64,000 nucleotides of DNA, taken from assembly GCA_963828735.1 (NCBI GenBank), contig CAWHFW010000002.1:128001-192000 (forward strand), written 5' to 3'. Source of the stretch: an uncultured Gemmatimonadales bacterium (lineage in GTDB: Bacteria; Gemmatimonadota; Gemmatimonadetes; Gemmatimonadales; GWC2-71-9). The position numbers and the translations under genes are program-made. Below are positions 44,269-54,139 of the stretch, piece after piece. Position 1 is the first letter of the stretch. Every line of letters starts with the position of its first letter. The notes under the pieces are model-generated. The model was not told the DNA's origin and did not search any database. It saw only the letters and a program-made list of their open reading frames with translations.

Positions 44269-44537
44269 GCGATGGTCTCCCCGAACCCGCTCTCCACCAG
44301 CTCGGCCAGTGCCTGCACCGCCTCCTCCGCGTCGGGCCCCTTCGCCCGGATCGTGATCGAGCTGCCGCATTCGGCCGCCAGCATCATCACGCCCATGATA
44401 CTCTTGCCGTTCACGTCGAACCCGTCCTTCACGAGCTCGATCTCGGACGCGAACGTGCTCGCGAGCCGCACGATGCGCGCGGCGGGCCGGGCATGCAGCC
44501 CTTCCTGGTTCACGATGGTCGCCTCGCGCTCGATCAC
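44265..44537 (-). CDS. ptsH: Phosphocarrier protein HPr
   Basis: GLHARP (His15), GKSIMGVMML (Ser46). Confidence 0.95.
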   Translation of the reverse strand: MIEREATIVNQEGLHARPAARIVRLASTFASEIELVKDGFDVNGKSIMGVMMLAAECGSSITIRAKGPDAEEAVQALAELVESGFGETIA

Positions 44538-45268
44538 AGGCCCATCCACCGGAAGAAGAGCAGAAGCCCCATCGCAAGCAAGGCGAAGCGCACGCTCGTG
44601 AGCGACGGTCCGAACCACCGCGACATGGCCGCGCCGGTGCCCGCGATGGCGAGCGCTCCCGCCGCTCCACCCCACCCGAAGCCGCGCAGGTACCACGCGG
44701 CCGCGAGCGGAATCGCGAATCCGACGCACGCGCCCGCGACGGGCCCGATCCTCGCCACGGCTCGCGGCACCCAGGAGGCGCCGATGGCGCTCCCCACGCG
44801 CATGCCGGCATCGAGTCCGGTGCGGAGGGCCCACACCCCGGTGGCGAGCCGCGCCAGGTTGTAGAGCACCAGGAACCCGGGGATCGCCCACCACCCGGCG
44901 CCCAGCACCACGGCGGCCACCGCCGCACCGACGAGCGCGGGCACCAGGCCAGCCCAGAAGAGCTCGTCCCCCAGCGCGCCGAGCGGGCTGCAGAGCGCCG
45001 TCCGCAACCGCGCGATCTGCACGCCGGGAACGTCCTCGTACTCGGCACGCGCCGTGGCGCCGAGGGCGAGCCCCGCGAGATTCGGATTGCAATTGAAGAA
45101 CTCGGCCGATCGCACGACCGCCTCGCCGTGCCGGACCGGGTCCACCGTCTTCAAGTCCTCGAGCAGCGGCTCGGCCGCGTAGCCCATGCCGACGCCGAGC
45201 ATCCGCTCGTAGTTCCAGGTGCCCTGCACCGCGAGGAGCCGCGCCAACGCGCGCCATCGCCCGGTCAC
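44534..45268 (-). CDS. PTS mannose/fructose/sorbose-family IID component
   Basis: WNYERM, FFNCNP, PLGALGDELFW. Confidence 0.88.
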   Translation of the reverse strand: MTGRWRALARLLAVQGTWNYERMLGVGMGYAAEPLLEDLKTVDPVRHGEAVVRSAEFFNCNPNLAGLALGATARAEYEDVPGVQIARLRTALCSPLGALGDELFWAGLVPALVGAAVAAVVLGAGWWAIPGFLVLYNLARLATGVWALRTGLDAGMRVGSAIGASWVPRAVARIGPVAGACVGFAIPLAAAWYLRGFGWGGAAGALAIAGTGAAMSRWFGPSLTSVRFALLAMGLLLFFRWMGL

Positions 45269-45954
45269 CGGAGCACCATCAGCAGCGCGAGCACCGCGCC
45301 CGCCGCGGCCCCCACGGTGAGCCACTTGAGCCGGGGGCCTCGGCCCGCGCTGCGCACCGCGCCGTTGGCGGCCGCGGCAAGCCCGGTGCCGATCGCCACC
45401 AGCGTGAGCCCGACCGCCGTCCCGCGGTCGAGCGTGAGCGAGCGGCCCAGGCCCCACGCGGCGAGGAGTCCCAGCGCGGTGAGCACGGCCCCGCGCGCGC
45501 CGTCCCGAGCGAGCCCGGCGTACTGCAGCCGGCGGATCGCACCGCTCTCGCCGGCCGCGAGCGCGGCGGCCTGCCGCTGGATGGCCCGCGCATTCCATCG
45601 CCGCACGAGCTGCAGGCTCCAGCCACCCACCGACGCCACGATGAGCGCCACGCCGACGCTCAGGCCCAGGCCGAACTCCCACGGCGCGCCGGCCGCGAGG
45701 GCGACCCCGACCACGGTGGCGGGTCCGTAATCCGGGTAGCGCACGGCGCCGATGGGGAGTACGTCGAGGGCGAACAGCTCCAGCACCACCCCGACCCGGA
45801 GGCCCGCCTCCACGTCGCCCGCGAGCCATCCGGCCACCAGGCCCGCCACCAGGGGTCGCGACAGCATCGCCTGGGGCACGCTCACGAGATCGAGGGCCAC
45901 GAGCGTGCCCCAAGCCACGAGCAGCAGGATCGAGACGGGGGCGAGATCCATCAT
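45265..45954 (-). CDS. PTS mannose-family IIC component
   Basis: SRPLVAG, G-x-x-LEL, PIGA..PD; hydrophobic. Confidence 0.85.
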   Translation of the reverse strand: MMDLAPVSILLLVAWGTLVALDLVSVPQAMLSRPLVAGLVAGWLAGDVEAGLRVGVVLELFALDVLPIGAVRYPDYGPATVVGVALAAGAPWEFGLGLSVGVALIVASVGGWSLQLVRRWNARAIQRQAAALAAGESGAIRRLQYAGLARDGARGAVLTALGLLAAWGLGRSLTLDRGTAVGLTLVAIGTGLAAAANGAVRSAGRGPRLKWLTVGAAAGAVLALLMVLR

Positions 45955-46427
45955 GCGATTGCCCGGAGGGCCACGGGCGAGGTCGTGGGAAGGTCCTGCG
46001 CGGTGATCTCCGCGCCCTCGGCCTCGAGGGCGACGAGGCAGCGCAGCTCCTCGTCGCTGAGATAGACGTACGGCAGCCGCTCGCGCCGGCCGGGCCGATG
46101 GTGAACGCCACCGAGATTGATCTGCCGCACGACCTTCGGATTCGCGCGGTAGAGGGCGGCCATGGTCTCCACGTCGCCGGTGAGGAGCAGGCCGCGGCTC
46201 GGGCTCGCCTGCCAGGCCGCGAGCTGGCTCGACGCCTCCGCCATCGTCGCGAAGCGCAGGTCGACCTCGGGGGGAACCGCCATCCGGTAGAGGTCCTGCT
46301 CCCAGGCGCTGCCGGCGACGCCCTCGTCCACGAGCGCGATGAACTCCACGCCGAGCGGGCGTCCCCATCCGATGACCACCTGGCCGTGCACCAGCCGATC
46401 GTCCACGCGACAGAGCACGATCGCCAT
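45951..46427 (-). CDS. PTS mannose-family IIB component
   Basis: RVDDRLVHGQV, INLGG. Confidence 0.92.
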   Translation of the reverse strand: MAIVLCRVDDRLVHGQVVIGWGRPLGVEFIALVDEGVAGSAWEQDLYRMAVPPEVDLRFATMAEASSQLAAWQASPSRGLLLTGDVETMAALYRANPKVVRQINLGGVHHRPGRRERLPYVYLSDEELRCLVALEAEGAEITAQDLPTTSPVALRAIA

Positions 46428-46801
46428 CAGGGCACCCGGATCGCCTTGCCGCCGGCGATCGCCGCGCGCGCCGCCGCCTCGTCCAGTGGGAGCGTCCGGT
46501 GGAATACGAAGTCCACCAGCATCGCCAGGTTCACGCCGGTGACGACCTTGGCGCGCGCGTTGGCGCGCAGCCGGTTGAGCACCGCGAACAGGCAGGAGCC
46601 GCTCGCCAGATCTACGAAGACCAGCGCGGGCCCGTCGCCCACGGCGGCCTCGACTCGCTCCTCGAGCGTGCCCCGGTCGCAGCCGGTGTTGCTCACGGCC
46701 AGGAGCGCGCCCGTCACCCCGCTGATCTGCTCGGCCGCGTCCACCAGCGCCCCTGCGAGGCGCCCGTGGCACACCACCACCGCGCGCAACTCCTCACTCA
46801 T
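46427..46801 (-). CDS. PTS mannose-family IIA component
   Basis: VVCHG, DLASGS, VTGVNLAML. Confidence 0.9.
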   Translation of the reverse strand: MSEELRAVVVCHGRLAGALVDAAEQISGVTGALLAVSNTGCDRGTLEERVEAAVGDGPALVFVDLASGSCLFAVLNRLRANARAKVVTGVNLAMLVDFVFHRTLPLDEAAARAAIAGGKAIRVP

Positions 46802-47756
46802 AGTCTTCCTGGAGATACTCCCTCACTCCCCGCTGCTCCTTCATTTTCTTGATGAGCCGGGCGTTGAATGCGGCCGCCACGTCCACACCCGAGTAGCGCA
46901 GCAGGTGCATCATCGCGACGACCTCGGAGATCACGGTGATGTTCTTGCCGGGGTTGAGCGGCACTACCACGCGGGGAACCGGCACGTCCAGGATCATCGT
47001 TTCCTCGCGGGCGAGGCCGGTCCGGTCGGTGTCCTTGGCCGTCTCCCAGTCCTCGAGCTGCACCACCACCTCGATCCGCTTCTGCTGCCGCACGGCGCGC
47101 ACCCCGAACAGCGCGGGAATGTCGATCAGCCCGATGCCGCGGATCTCCATGTGGTGGGCCGCCAGCTCGTGCCCGCGGCCGATGAGCACGTCGTTCCCTC
47201 GCCGGGTCACCTGGACCACGTCGTCCGCCACCAGACGATGGCCGCGCTCGACCAGGTCGAGCACGCACTCGCTCTTGCCGATGCCCGACCGTCCGATGAA
47301 CAGCAGGCCGACGCCATAGACGTCGGCCAGCGATCCGTGGAGCGTGGTGCGGGGCGCGAACGCCTCCTCGACGATCGGCTTGATCCGGCGATAGAACTCG
47401 GCGGTCTTGAGCTTGGACCGGAAGACCGGCACGCTCCGCGCGCGGGCGAGCTCGAGCATCTCGGGAGGCACTTCCTGCCCCTTGGTGACGAAGATGCACG
47501 GCAGATCGAACCCGAAGAACTTGAGCAGGGTTCCGTGCCGCTCTTCCTGCGATAGCGAGTTGAGATAGGTGATCTCGGTCTCGCCGAACACGTGGATCCG
47601 GTTGGGCGCGAACCGGCCGGTGTAGCCGGCCAGCGCGAGTCCGGGGCTCGCGACCTCGGCTTCGGGCATCTGACGGTCCAGCCCGAGGTCGCCCGTGAGC
47701 GCCTCGAGCTGGAGGGATTCGCCGCGGCGGGAGACGAAGTCGCGGAGGCGGAGCAT
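46794..47756 (-). CDS. hprK: HPr kinase/phosphorylase
   Basis: GRSGIGKSE, HRLVADD, MEIRGIG. Confidence 0.96.
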   Translation of the reverse strand: MLRLRDFVSRRGESLQLEALTGDLGLDRQMPEAEVASPGLALAGYTGRFAPNRIHVFGETEITYLNSLSQEERHGTLLKFFGFDLPCIFVTKGQEVPPEMLELARARSVPVFRSKLKTAEFYRRIKPIVEEAFAPRTTLHGSLADVYGVGLLFIGRSGIGKSECVLDLVERGHRLVADDVVQVTRRGNDVLIGRGHELAAHHMEIRGIGLIDIPALFGVRAVRQQKRIEVVVQLEDWETAKDTDRTGLAREETMILDVPVPRVVVPLNPGKNITVISEVVAMMHLLRYSGVDVAAAFNARLIKKMKEQRGVREYLQEDYE

Positions 47757-48076
47757 CAGCCGATCTTGGGCAGCGAGTCGCGCGAGCGCCGGGCCTTCGG
47801 GTGCGCGGGGTCCTTGTCGAGCTGCCGCCGGAGCTTCTCCTCGGCGCGGTCGAGCGCCGTCCGATGATCGTCCGCTTCGCCGTGCGCCACCAGCAGCTCG
47901 CCCCGGGCGGTGTGGAGGCGCAGCTCCGCCGTCGGGGTGCCGCCGTCGGTGTCGAACACGACGGCGGACTCGATGGGGCGATGCGCGAGCGCCCCGAGAC
48001 GCTCGGCCACGGTGCGGGCGCGGTCGCGGAGCGCGTCGTTGATCTCGCAGTGGCGGGCGGTGATCGTCGTCTGCAT
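47756..48076 (-). CDS. hpf: Ribosome hibernation factor (HPF/RaiA, short form)
   Basis: MQTTITARH...ALDRAEEKLRRQL; directly upstream of hprK. Confidence 0.85.
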   Translation of the reverse strand: MQTTITARHCEINDALRDRARTVAERLGALAHRPIESAVVFDTDGGTPTAELRLHTARGELLVAHGEADDHRTALDRAEEKLRRQLDKDPAHPKARRSRDSLPKIG

Positions 48077-48093
48077 GGCAAACCCCCTCTGGC

Positions 48094-49215
48094 TCAGGCG
48101 GCGCCCGAGCCGGCGATGATGTCGCGGAGATGCTGCTCCGTCGTGCTCGCGGTTCGCTCCCAGGTGAGACCTTCGGCGAACCGGCGCGCCGCCGTGCCCA
48201 ATGCGGCCACGAGCGCCGGCTGGCCGGCGAGCTCGAGCATTCGTTGCGCCAGCCCCTCGACGTCGCCGTGGCGGACGAGGAAGCCCGTCTCGCCGTGGCG
48301 CACCGAGTCGCGAAGTCCGGGACTGTTCGAGGCGATCGAAGGCGTCCCACAGGCGGCCGCCTCGATCACCGTGATTCCCCAACCTTCCTTGGGCGAGGGA
48401 AACAGGTTCCCCCATGCGCGCTGAAACAGCGCGATCTTCTCGGGCTCGCTGACGAAGCCGCGAAACCGGACCGCACCGTCGAGCCCGAGCTCCGCGCTCA
48501 GGCGCTCGAGGTCCGATCGATGGTCGCCGCTGCCGGCGATGTCGAGCGTCAGGTCCGCCCGACGGCCGCGGGCGAGGGCCAGCGCCCGAATCGCGAGCGC
48601 TATTCCTTTATAACGCTTCAGCCGTCCAACGTACAAGAAGGCGGGACTCGGTGCGCGTCGTCCATCCCTCGCCGGCACGAAGCGCATCGGGTCCACCCCC
48701 GGGTGGATGACCCGAACCCGCGACGCGGCGACGCCGCGCGCCACGAGATCGTCCCGGGTGCTCTCGCTGATCGCATGGAACCACGCGCGACGGTACGCGC
48801 GCGCCAGCGGACGCTCCGACGCCCACACGATCGCGGCCGAGGGCCACGGCGCCTCCTCGAACGCGGTCGCGCCGAAGAGATGCGGGACGATGGCGCACAA
48901 GGGTCGATCGGTCATCCCCGCGAGGAACAGCGGGAGCTTGTTGATATCCTCGACGACCACGTCCGGCCGTTCCGCCGCGAGCGCCCGCCGCACCGCGCCA
49001 CGGCCGAGCAGCGCGAAGCTCGACCGACCGCCGGTCCGCTCCACCTCGATGCCGTCGAGCGTGGTCCGCGGAGGGGCGCCCGGCCAGCCCGAACACACCA
49101 GCCGCACGCGATGGCCACCGGCCGCGAGCCGCCGGAAGATCTCGAACAAGTGGATCTCCGCCCCGCCCGCATGCGGGTTCTCGCGGTCCTGCCAATTGAC
49201 CACGAGGATGTTCAC
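48094..49215 (-). CDS. Glycosyltransferase family 4
   Basis: AGGAE, YVGRLKRYKG, EGWGITVIEA. Confidence 0.9.
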   Translation of the reverse strand: MNILVVNWQDRENPHAGGAEIHLFEIFRRLAAGGHRVRLVCSGWPGAPPRTTLDGIEVERTGGRSSFALLGRGAVRRALAAERPDVVVEDINKLPLFLAGMTDRPLCAIVPHLFGATAFEEAPWPSAAIVWASERPLARAYRRAWFHAISESTRDDLVARGVAASRVRVIHPGVDPMRFVPARDGRRAPSPAFLYVGRLKRYKGIALAIRALALARGRRADLTLDIAGSGDHRSDLERLSAELGLDGAVRFRGFVSEPEKIALFQRAWGNLFPSPKEGWGITVIEAAACGTPSIASNSPGLRDSVRHGETGFLVRHGDVEGLAQRMLELAGQPALVAALGTAARRFAEGLTWERTASTTEQHLRDIIAGSGAA

Positions 49216-49625
49216 AGCCGCCCGAGGGCGCGTGCGATGCTGTCGAGCACTCCGTTGACGAACGCCGGTGCGCGTGCGCCGCCGAACCAATGCGCCAGGC
49301 GGACGGCCTCGTCGATCGCCACCTTCGGCGGCACGTCGCCCCGCCGAAGCTCGAGGATCCCCAGCCGGAGAATGTTCCGCTCGATCACCGCCATCCGGTT
49401 GAGCCGCCAGTTGTCGCTCGCCCGCTCGGCCTCGGCGTCGAGCTGCCCGACCTCGCTGATCACGTCGTGTGCCAGCGCCTCCGCGCGATCCAGGATTCGC
49501 GGCTCGGGGCCGGTGAGGCGCGAGAGGCCCGACGCCACCGTCGGCATCGGCGGCGCACCCTGGATCTCCCAGGCGTACAGCAGCTGCAGCGCGCGCGCGC
49601 GGCTCTTGGTCTCGGGTCTAAGCAT
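49212..49625 (-). CDS. nusB: Transcription antitermination factor NusB
   Basis: RARALQLLY, WRLNRM..IERNILR, VAIDEAV, FVNGVLD. Confidence 0.93.
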   Translation of the reverse strand: MLRPETKSRARALQLLYAWEIQGAPPMPTVASGLSRLTGPEPRILDRAEALAHDVISEVGQLDAEAERASDNWRLNRMAVIERNILRLGILELRRGDVPPKVAIDEAVRLAHWFGGARAPAFVNGVLDSIARALGRL

Positions 49626-50091
49626 CGAGCGCTCGGAGCTGGGCGATGACATCGGCCGCCTCGAGCGCGGCGGCGGCGGCCTCGTGTCCCTTGTTCCCCG
49701 CGTCCCCGCCCGCTCGCTCGACGGCCTGCTGCATCGTGTCGACCGTGAGCACGCCGAAGCCGACCGGCAGGGCATGGGTCACGGCCACCGTATTCAGGCC
49801 CCGCGCCGATTCGGCCGCCACGTACTCGAAGTGTGGGGTGTCTCCCCGGATCACGGCGCCGAGCGCGACGAGACAGGCGTAGCGCTTGGTGCCGGCCGCG
49901 GCGGCCGCGGCGGCCGGCAGCTCGAAGGCCCCCGGCACCCACACGACGTCCACGTCCTCGCGCCGGATGCCGGCCTGCTCGCAGCAGGCGAGGGCGCCCT
50001 CGAGGAGCCGGGTGGTGATGAGCTCGTTGTAACGGCTGACGAGGATCGCCACGCGGCCCACGGCGCGAAGGCGAAAGGCGAGATCAGGCAC
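49618..50091 (-). CDS. ribH: 6,7-dimethyl-8-ribityllumazine synthase
   Basis: VPGAFELP, GAVIRGDTPHFEYV, GNKG. Confidence 0.95.
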   Translation of the reverse strand: MPDLAFRLRAVGRVAILVSRYNELITTRLLEGALACCEQAGIRREDVDVVWVPGAFELPAAAAAAAGTKRYACLVALGAVIRGDTPHFEYVAAESARGLNTVAVTHALPVGFGVLTVDTMQQAVERAGGDAGNKGHEAAAAALEAADVIAQLRALDA

Positions 50092-50093
50092 GG

Positions 50094-51302
50094 TCAGTGG
50101 GCGAGGAGGTGGCCGAGCTTGTCGCGCTTGACCTGCAGGTAGCCGCGGTTTTCGCGGTTGGGGTCGGTGACGAGGGGGACGCGCTCGACGATCTGGAGTC
50201 CGTAGCCCTCGAGTCCGACGAGCTTGCGCGGATTGTTGGTCATCACGCGGATGGTGGACAGGCCCAGGTCACGCAGGATCTGCGCGCCGATGCCGTAGTT
50301 GCGAAGATCGGGCGCGAAGCCGAGGCGCTCGTTGGCCTGCACCGTGTCGGCTCCGGCGTCCTGGAGCGCGTAGGCCCGGAGCTTGTTGAGCAGGCCGATC
50401 CCGCGGCCTTCCTGATCGAGATAGACGATCACGCCGCGACCCGCGTCCGCCACCATCTCCATGGCGCGGTGGAGCTGCGGACCGCAGTCGCACCGCTGGG
50501 AGCCGAACACATCGCCCGTCAGGCACTTCGAGTGCATGCGCACGAGAACGTCACGCTGGCCCGCGACATCGCCGTACACGAGGGCCACGTGCTCGGCGCG
50601 ATCGACATCGTTCTGGTAGCCGATGATCCGGAACTCGCCGAAGTCCGTCGGGATTCGCGCCTCGGCGACCCGGTGGACGAGCTGCTCGGTCTGGAGACGG
50701 TACGCCACGAGCTGTGCGACGGTGACGAAGGTCAGCCGGTGCTCGCGCGCGAACAGCTCGAGCTCGTGCCGCCGCGCCATCGACCCGTCGGCATTGAGGA
50801 TCTCGCAGATCACGCCGGCCGGCACCAGTCCCGCCAGCCGGGCCAGGTCCACGCTCGCCTCCGTCTGGCCCACGCGCTGGAGCACGCCCCCGGGCCGGGA
50901 GCGAAGCGGGAACACGTGCCCGGGCCGCCGCAGGTCCGAGGGCACGGTCGCGGGATTGATGGCGACGTGGATCGTCGTGGTGCGGTCGCTCGCCGAGATG
51001 CCGGTGGTGACCCCGAAGCGCCGCTCTGCGTCGATGCTCACCGTGAAGGCGGTGGACAGCTCCTCGGTGTTGCGCTCGGTCATCTGCGGAAGGCCCAGCT
51101 CATCGCACCGCTCGCCGGTGAGCGCGAGGCAGATGAGCCCGCGCCCGTGGAGGGTCATGAAGTTGATCATCTCCGGCGTGGCGAGCTCGGCCGCACACAC
51201 GAGATCGCCCTCGTTCTCGCGGTCCTCGTCGTCGGCCACGATGACGATCTTGCCGTTCCGCAGGTCGTCGATCGCCTGCTCGATGGTGCCGAAGGTGGTC
51301 AT
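50094..51302 (-). CDS. ribBA: Bifunctional DHBP synthase / GTP cyclohydrolase II
   Basis: [32 protein letters not shown]. Confidence 0.96.
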   Translation of the reverse strand: MTTFGTIEQAIDDLRNGKIVIVADDEDRENEGDLVCAAELATPEMINFMTLHGRGLICLALTGERCDELGLPQMTERNTEELSTAFTVSIDAERRFGVTTGISASDRTTTIHVAINPATVPSDLRRPGHVFPLRSRPGGVLQRVGQTEASVDLARLAGLVPAGVICEILNADGSMARRHELELFAREHRLTFVTVAQLVAYRLQTEQLVHRVAEARIPTDFGEFRIIGYQNDVDRAEHVALVYGDVAGQRDVLVRMHSKCLTGDVFGSQRCDCGPQLHRAMEMVADAGRGVIVYLDQEGRGIGLLNKLRAYALQDAGADTVQANERLGFAPDLRNYGIGAQILRDLGLSTIRVMTNNPRKLVGLEGYGLQIVERVPLVTDPNRENRGYLQVKRDKLGHLLAH

Positions 51303-51904
51303 GATGCTCCCAGATCCCCACGGGCGCGCAGCAGTTCGGCCACGTACTTGCCGATCGTGTCCGCCTCGAGATGCACCCGGTCCCCTGCCCGGCGCTCGCC
51401 CAATGTGGTGTGCTGTAAAGTAAACGGGATGAGAGAGATCTGGATCACGCACGGGCTCGGTATCGCGTTGACCGTGAGGCTCACGCCATCCACCGTGACG
51501 GACCCGAGCGGCACGGAGACACGCGCCACCTCGGGCGGCACACGAACGTCCAGTAGTCGGGCATCGGCGTGATCCGCCACGCGCTCGACCGTGCCCAGGC
51601 CGTCGACGTGCCCCTGAACCAGGTGTCCGCCGAGCCGGTCGCCAACCTGGAGCGCGCGCTCGAGATTCACCTTCCTGCCAACCTCGTAAGTATCGAAGGC
51701 GGTGCGTTCTAGCGATGTTCGTATAATGTGGGCTGTGAAGTCATCATGACCCAGCCCCTGCACCGTGAGGCAGGCGCCGTCCACCGCGATGCTCTCGCCC
51801 AGCGCGAGCTCGCGATACGGAGCGGCGATGGTGAGCTCGAGCCCGCCGTCGCGGTGCGCTCGCGAGGACACCTGCCCGACCGCGGTGATGATGCCGGTGA
51901 ACAT
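51299..51904 (-). CDS. ribE: Riboflavin synthase (alpha chain)
   Basis: [29 protein letters not shown]. Confidence 0.95.
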   Translation of the reverse strand: MFTGIITAVGQVSSRAHRDGGLELTIAAPYRELALGESIAVDGACLTVQGLGHDDFTAHIIRTSLERTAFDTYEVGRKVNLERALQVGDRLGGHLVQGHVDGLGTVERVADHADARLLDVRVPPEVARVSVPLGSVTVDGVSLTVNAIPSPCVIQISLIPFTLQHTTLGERRAGDRVHLEADTIGKYVAELLRARGDLGAS

Positions 51905-52977
51905 CAGGGCCGGTCCAGCACGAGGAGCGTGTCGTCGTCCAACGTGCGCCGCTCCGTGACCCGCCAGCGGCGGGCATCCTCGAGCGGCGTGGTCGGAACC
52001 CCCGCGACCGCGGGCACCGCGCCGACGCCGAGCCAAAGGGGCGACTGTACCCAGTAGTAGCGGTCCACCAGATCCTCCGCGAGGAACACGCCGGCGAGCC
52101 GCCCTCCCCCTTCGACCAGAAGCGACCCGACGCCCCGTTCCCGCAGCTGGTGCAAGGCGTCGGGAAGCCGCTGCGCACGCACGACGGTGACGCCCGCCGC
52201 CTCGAGCGGGGCGAGCCTCGCGGCAGGCGCCGAGGGGGACGCCACGACGGTGGTGGGGGTCTTCCCCGCCGTCCGAACCAGCTTGAGCGAGACCGGGACG
52301 TCGCCATCGGCGGCGAAGACGATCCGTGTCGGCGGCACCCGCGGCTGCAGCGGGCCCCGGACGGTCAGCGACGGATCGTCGGCTCGTGCCGTCACGCCAC
52401 CCACCGCGACCGCGTCGAACCCCGCGCGGAGCCACTGGACGAAGTCGCGCGCGGGTTGACCGGACAGCCACCGGGAGTGTCCGTTGGCATCGGCGATCCT
52501 GCCGTCGATCGTGGTGGCGAGCTTGATCGCGACGAACGGGCGCGACGCATCCCGCACCTGATGCAGGAAGCTCGCGTTCTGGGCCCCCGCCTCGTCGGCC
52601 ATCAGGCCGAGCTCGACCTCGACACCGCGCGCGCGGAGCCAGTTCGCTCCGCCGGCCGCGACCTCGTGCGGGTCGGCGACGGCGGCCACGACGCGACGGA
52701 TGCCTGCCGCGAGGATGGCCTCGGTGCACGGGGGCTGTTTGCCCTGGTGAGCGCATGGCTCGAGTGTGGAGACGATCGTCGCACCGCGGGCGCGGGCCCC
52801 GGCCGCCGCGATGGCGGTGGGCTCGGCGTGGCGCTGCCCGTACTCGGCATGCCAGCCCTCGCCCACGATCTCCCCGTCGGCGAGCACGACGGCGCCGACC
52901 AGCGGATTCGGCTGCACCCGGCCCCACCCGCGCCGGGCCAGCTCGATCGCGCGGGCCATCGCGTCACGTTCCGTCAT
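51904..52977 (-). CDS. ribD: Riboflavin biosynthesis deaminase/reductase
   Basis: PNPLVGAV, HAE, LEPCAHQGKQPPC, VEGGG. Confidence 0.95.
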   Translation of the reverse strand: MTERDAMARAIELARRGWGRVQPNPLVGAVVLADGEIVGEGWHAEYGQRHAEPTAIAAAGARARGATIVSTLEPCAHQGKQPPCTEAILAAGIRRVVAAVADPHEVAAGGANWLRARGVEVELGLMADEAGAQNASFLHQVRDASRPFVAIKLATTIDGRIADANGHSRWLSGQPARDFVQWLRAGFDAVAVGGVTARADDPSLTVRGPLQPRVPPTRIVFAADGDVPVSLKLVRTAGKTPTTVVASPSAPAARLAPLEAAGVTVVRAQRLPDALHQLRERGVGSLLVEGGGRLAGVFLAEDLVDRYYWVQSPLWLGVGAVPAVAGVPTTPLEDARRWRVTERRTLDDDTLLVLDRP

Positions 52978-53093
52978 GCGGTCCGCATGCGCGCGGCCTG
53001 CCACGGGCAGCCGCGGTGCGGCCGGTCGAGGGGAGTAACGGGTATCGTCGGAGCGTGCACGGCGACGGCGGGAGCGGTGGGGCGAACCGGCAT
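52974..53093 (-). CDS. Putative 39-aa small protein / leader peptide between purM and ribD
   Basis: GGAGG RBS (53102-53106), ATG 53093, MPVRPTAPAVAVHAPTIPVTPLDRPHRGCPWQAARMRTA*. Its stop overlaps the ribD ATG (ATGA). Confidence 0.5.
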   Translation of the reverse strand: MPVRPTAPAVAVHAPTIPVTPLDRPHRGCPWQAARMRTA

Positions 53094-53107
53094 GGCGAGT
53101 GCCTCCG

Positions 53108-54139
53108 TCAGGGACGGCCGAACCGAACGCCGGTGTCACCCCGGCGGATCTCACCCATGGTCCAGGTCTCGACGCCGGCGGCCGTGGCGGCCTGCCTCGC
53201 GGCGTCGACCGCCTCCTGGGGCAGGACCGCGATCAGGCCCACGCCGAGGTTGAATACTTCGCGCATCTCGTCGGTCGAGATCCCGCCGCCCTGTTGCAGC
53301 GCGGCGAAGAGTGGTGGCAGTGACCACGCGCTCGGATCCACGATCGCTTCGCACCCGCGCGGGAGGACGCGGACCAGGTTGCCCGCGATGCCGCCGCCGG
53401 TGATGTGCGCGAGGCCGTGCATGCGCCGGATGACGGGCATGACGCTGGTCACGTAGCTCTGGTGCACGGCCAGTAGCGCGTCGGCCACGCTCCGGCCCGT
53501 TTTGCCCAGGCGATCGTCGAGCCCGAGCCCCATCTTCTCGAAGACGATGCGGCGCGCGAGCGTGTACCCGTTGGTGTGGAGGCCGGTGGACGCATAGCCG
53601 AGGAGCACGTCGCCGGGCGCGATGGCGTCGCCGTGGAGAGCCTCGTCCTCCTCCACCACACCGATGATCGTCCCGGCGAGATCGTAGGTTCCCGGCTGGT
53701 AGAGGCCCGGCATCTGGGCCGTCTCGCCGCCCGCGAGCGCCATCCCGTGAAGACGGCAGCCGCGCGCGATGCCCTCCACCAGCCCCGCGATCTGCTCGAC
53801 GCCGAGCCCCGAGCCGGCGATGTAGTCCATGAACGCGATGGGCGTCGCCCCGTGGACCAGGATGTCGTTCGCGCTGTGGTTGACGAGGTCCTCGCCCACC
53901 GTGTCGAACCGTCCGGCCTCGAGCGCCACGAGCACCTTGGTGCCCACGCCGTCGGTGCTGAGCACGAGCGTGGGCTTCCGCATGCCCGCGGGCACCCGGA
54001 CCATCCCGCCGAAGGCGCCGACCTTCCCCACCGAGAGGGGCGTCCGCGTGCCGGCCACGGCCGTACCGATCCGCGCCTTCGCCTCGTCCGCCTTCGCCAG
54101 GTCGACGCCGGCCGCGGCGTACTCGCCCGCGGGCGTCAC
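53108..54139 (-). CDS. purM: Phosphoribosylformylglycinamidine cyclo-ligase
   Basis: YAAAGVD, STDGVGTK, GGETA.MP, GLHTNGY, AHITGGG. Confidence 0.96.
   Translation of the reverse strand: MTPAGEYAAAGVDLAKADEAKARIGTAVAGTRTPLSVGKVGAFGGMVRVPAGMRKPTLVLSTDGVGTKVLVALEAGRFDTVGEDLVNHSANDILVHGATPIAFMDYIAGSGLGVEQIAGLVEGIARGCRLHGMALAGGETAQMPGLYQPGTYDLAGTIIGVVEEDEALHGDAIAPGDVLLGYASTGLHTNGYTLARRIVFEKMGLGLDDRLGKTGRSVADALLAVHQSYVTSVMPVIRRMHGLAHITGGGIAGNLVRVLPRGCEAIVDPSAWSLPPLFAALQQGGGISTDEMREVFNLGVGLIAVLPQEAVDAARQAATAAGVETWTMGEIRRGDTGVRFGRP

Noticed and set aside
52978..53107. FMN riboswitch upstream of ribD
   Set aside because: No RFN consensus; the gap is short and filled by a small ORF.
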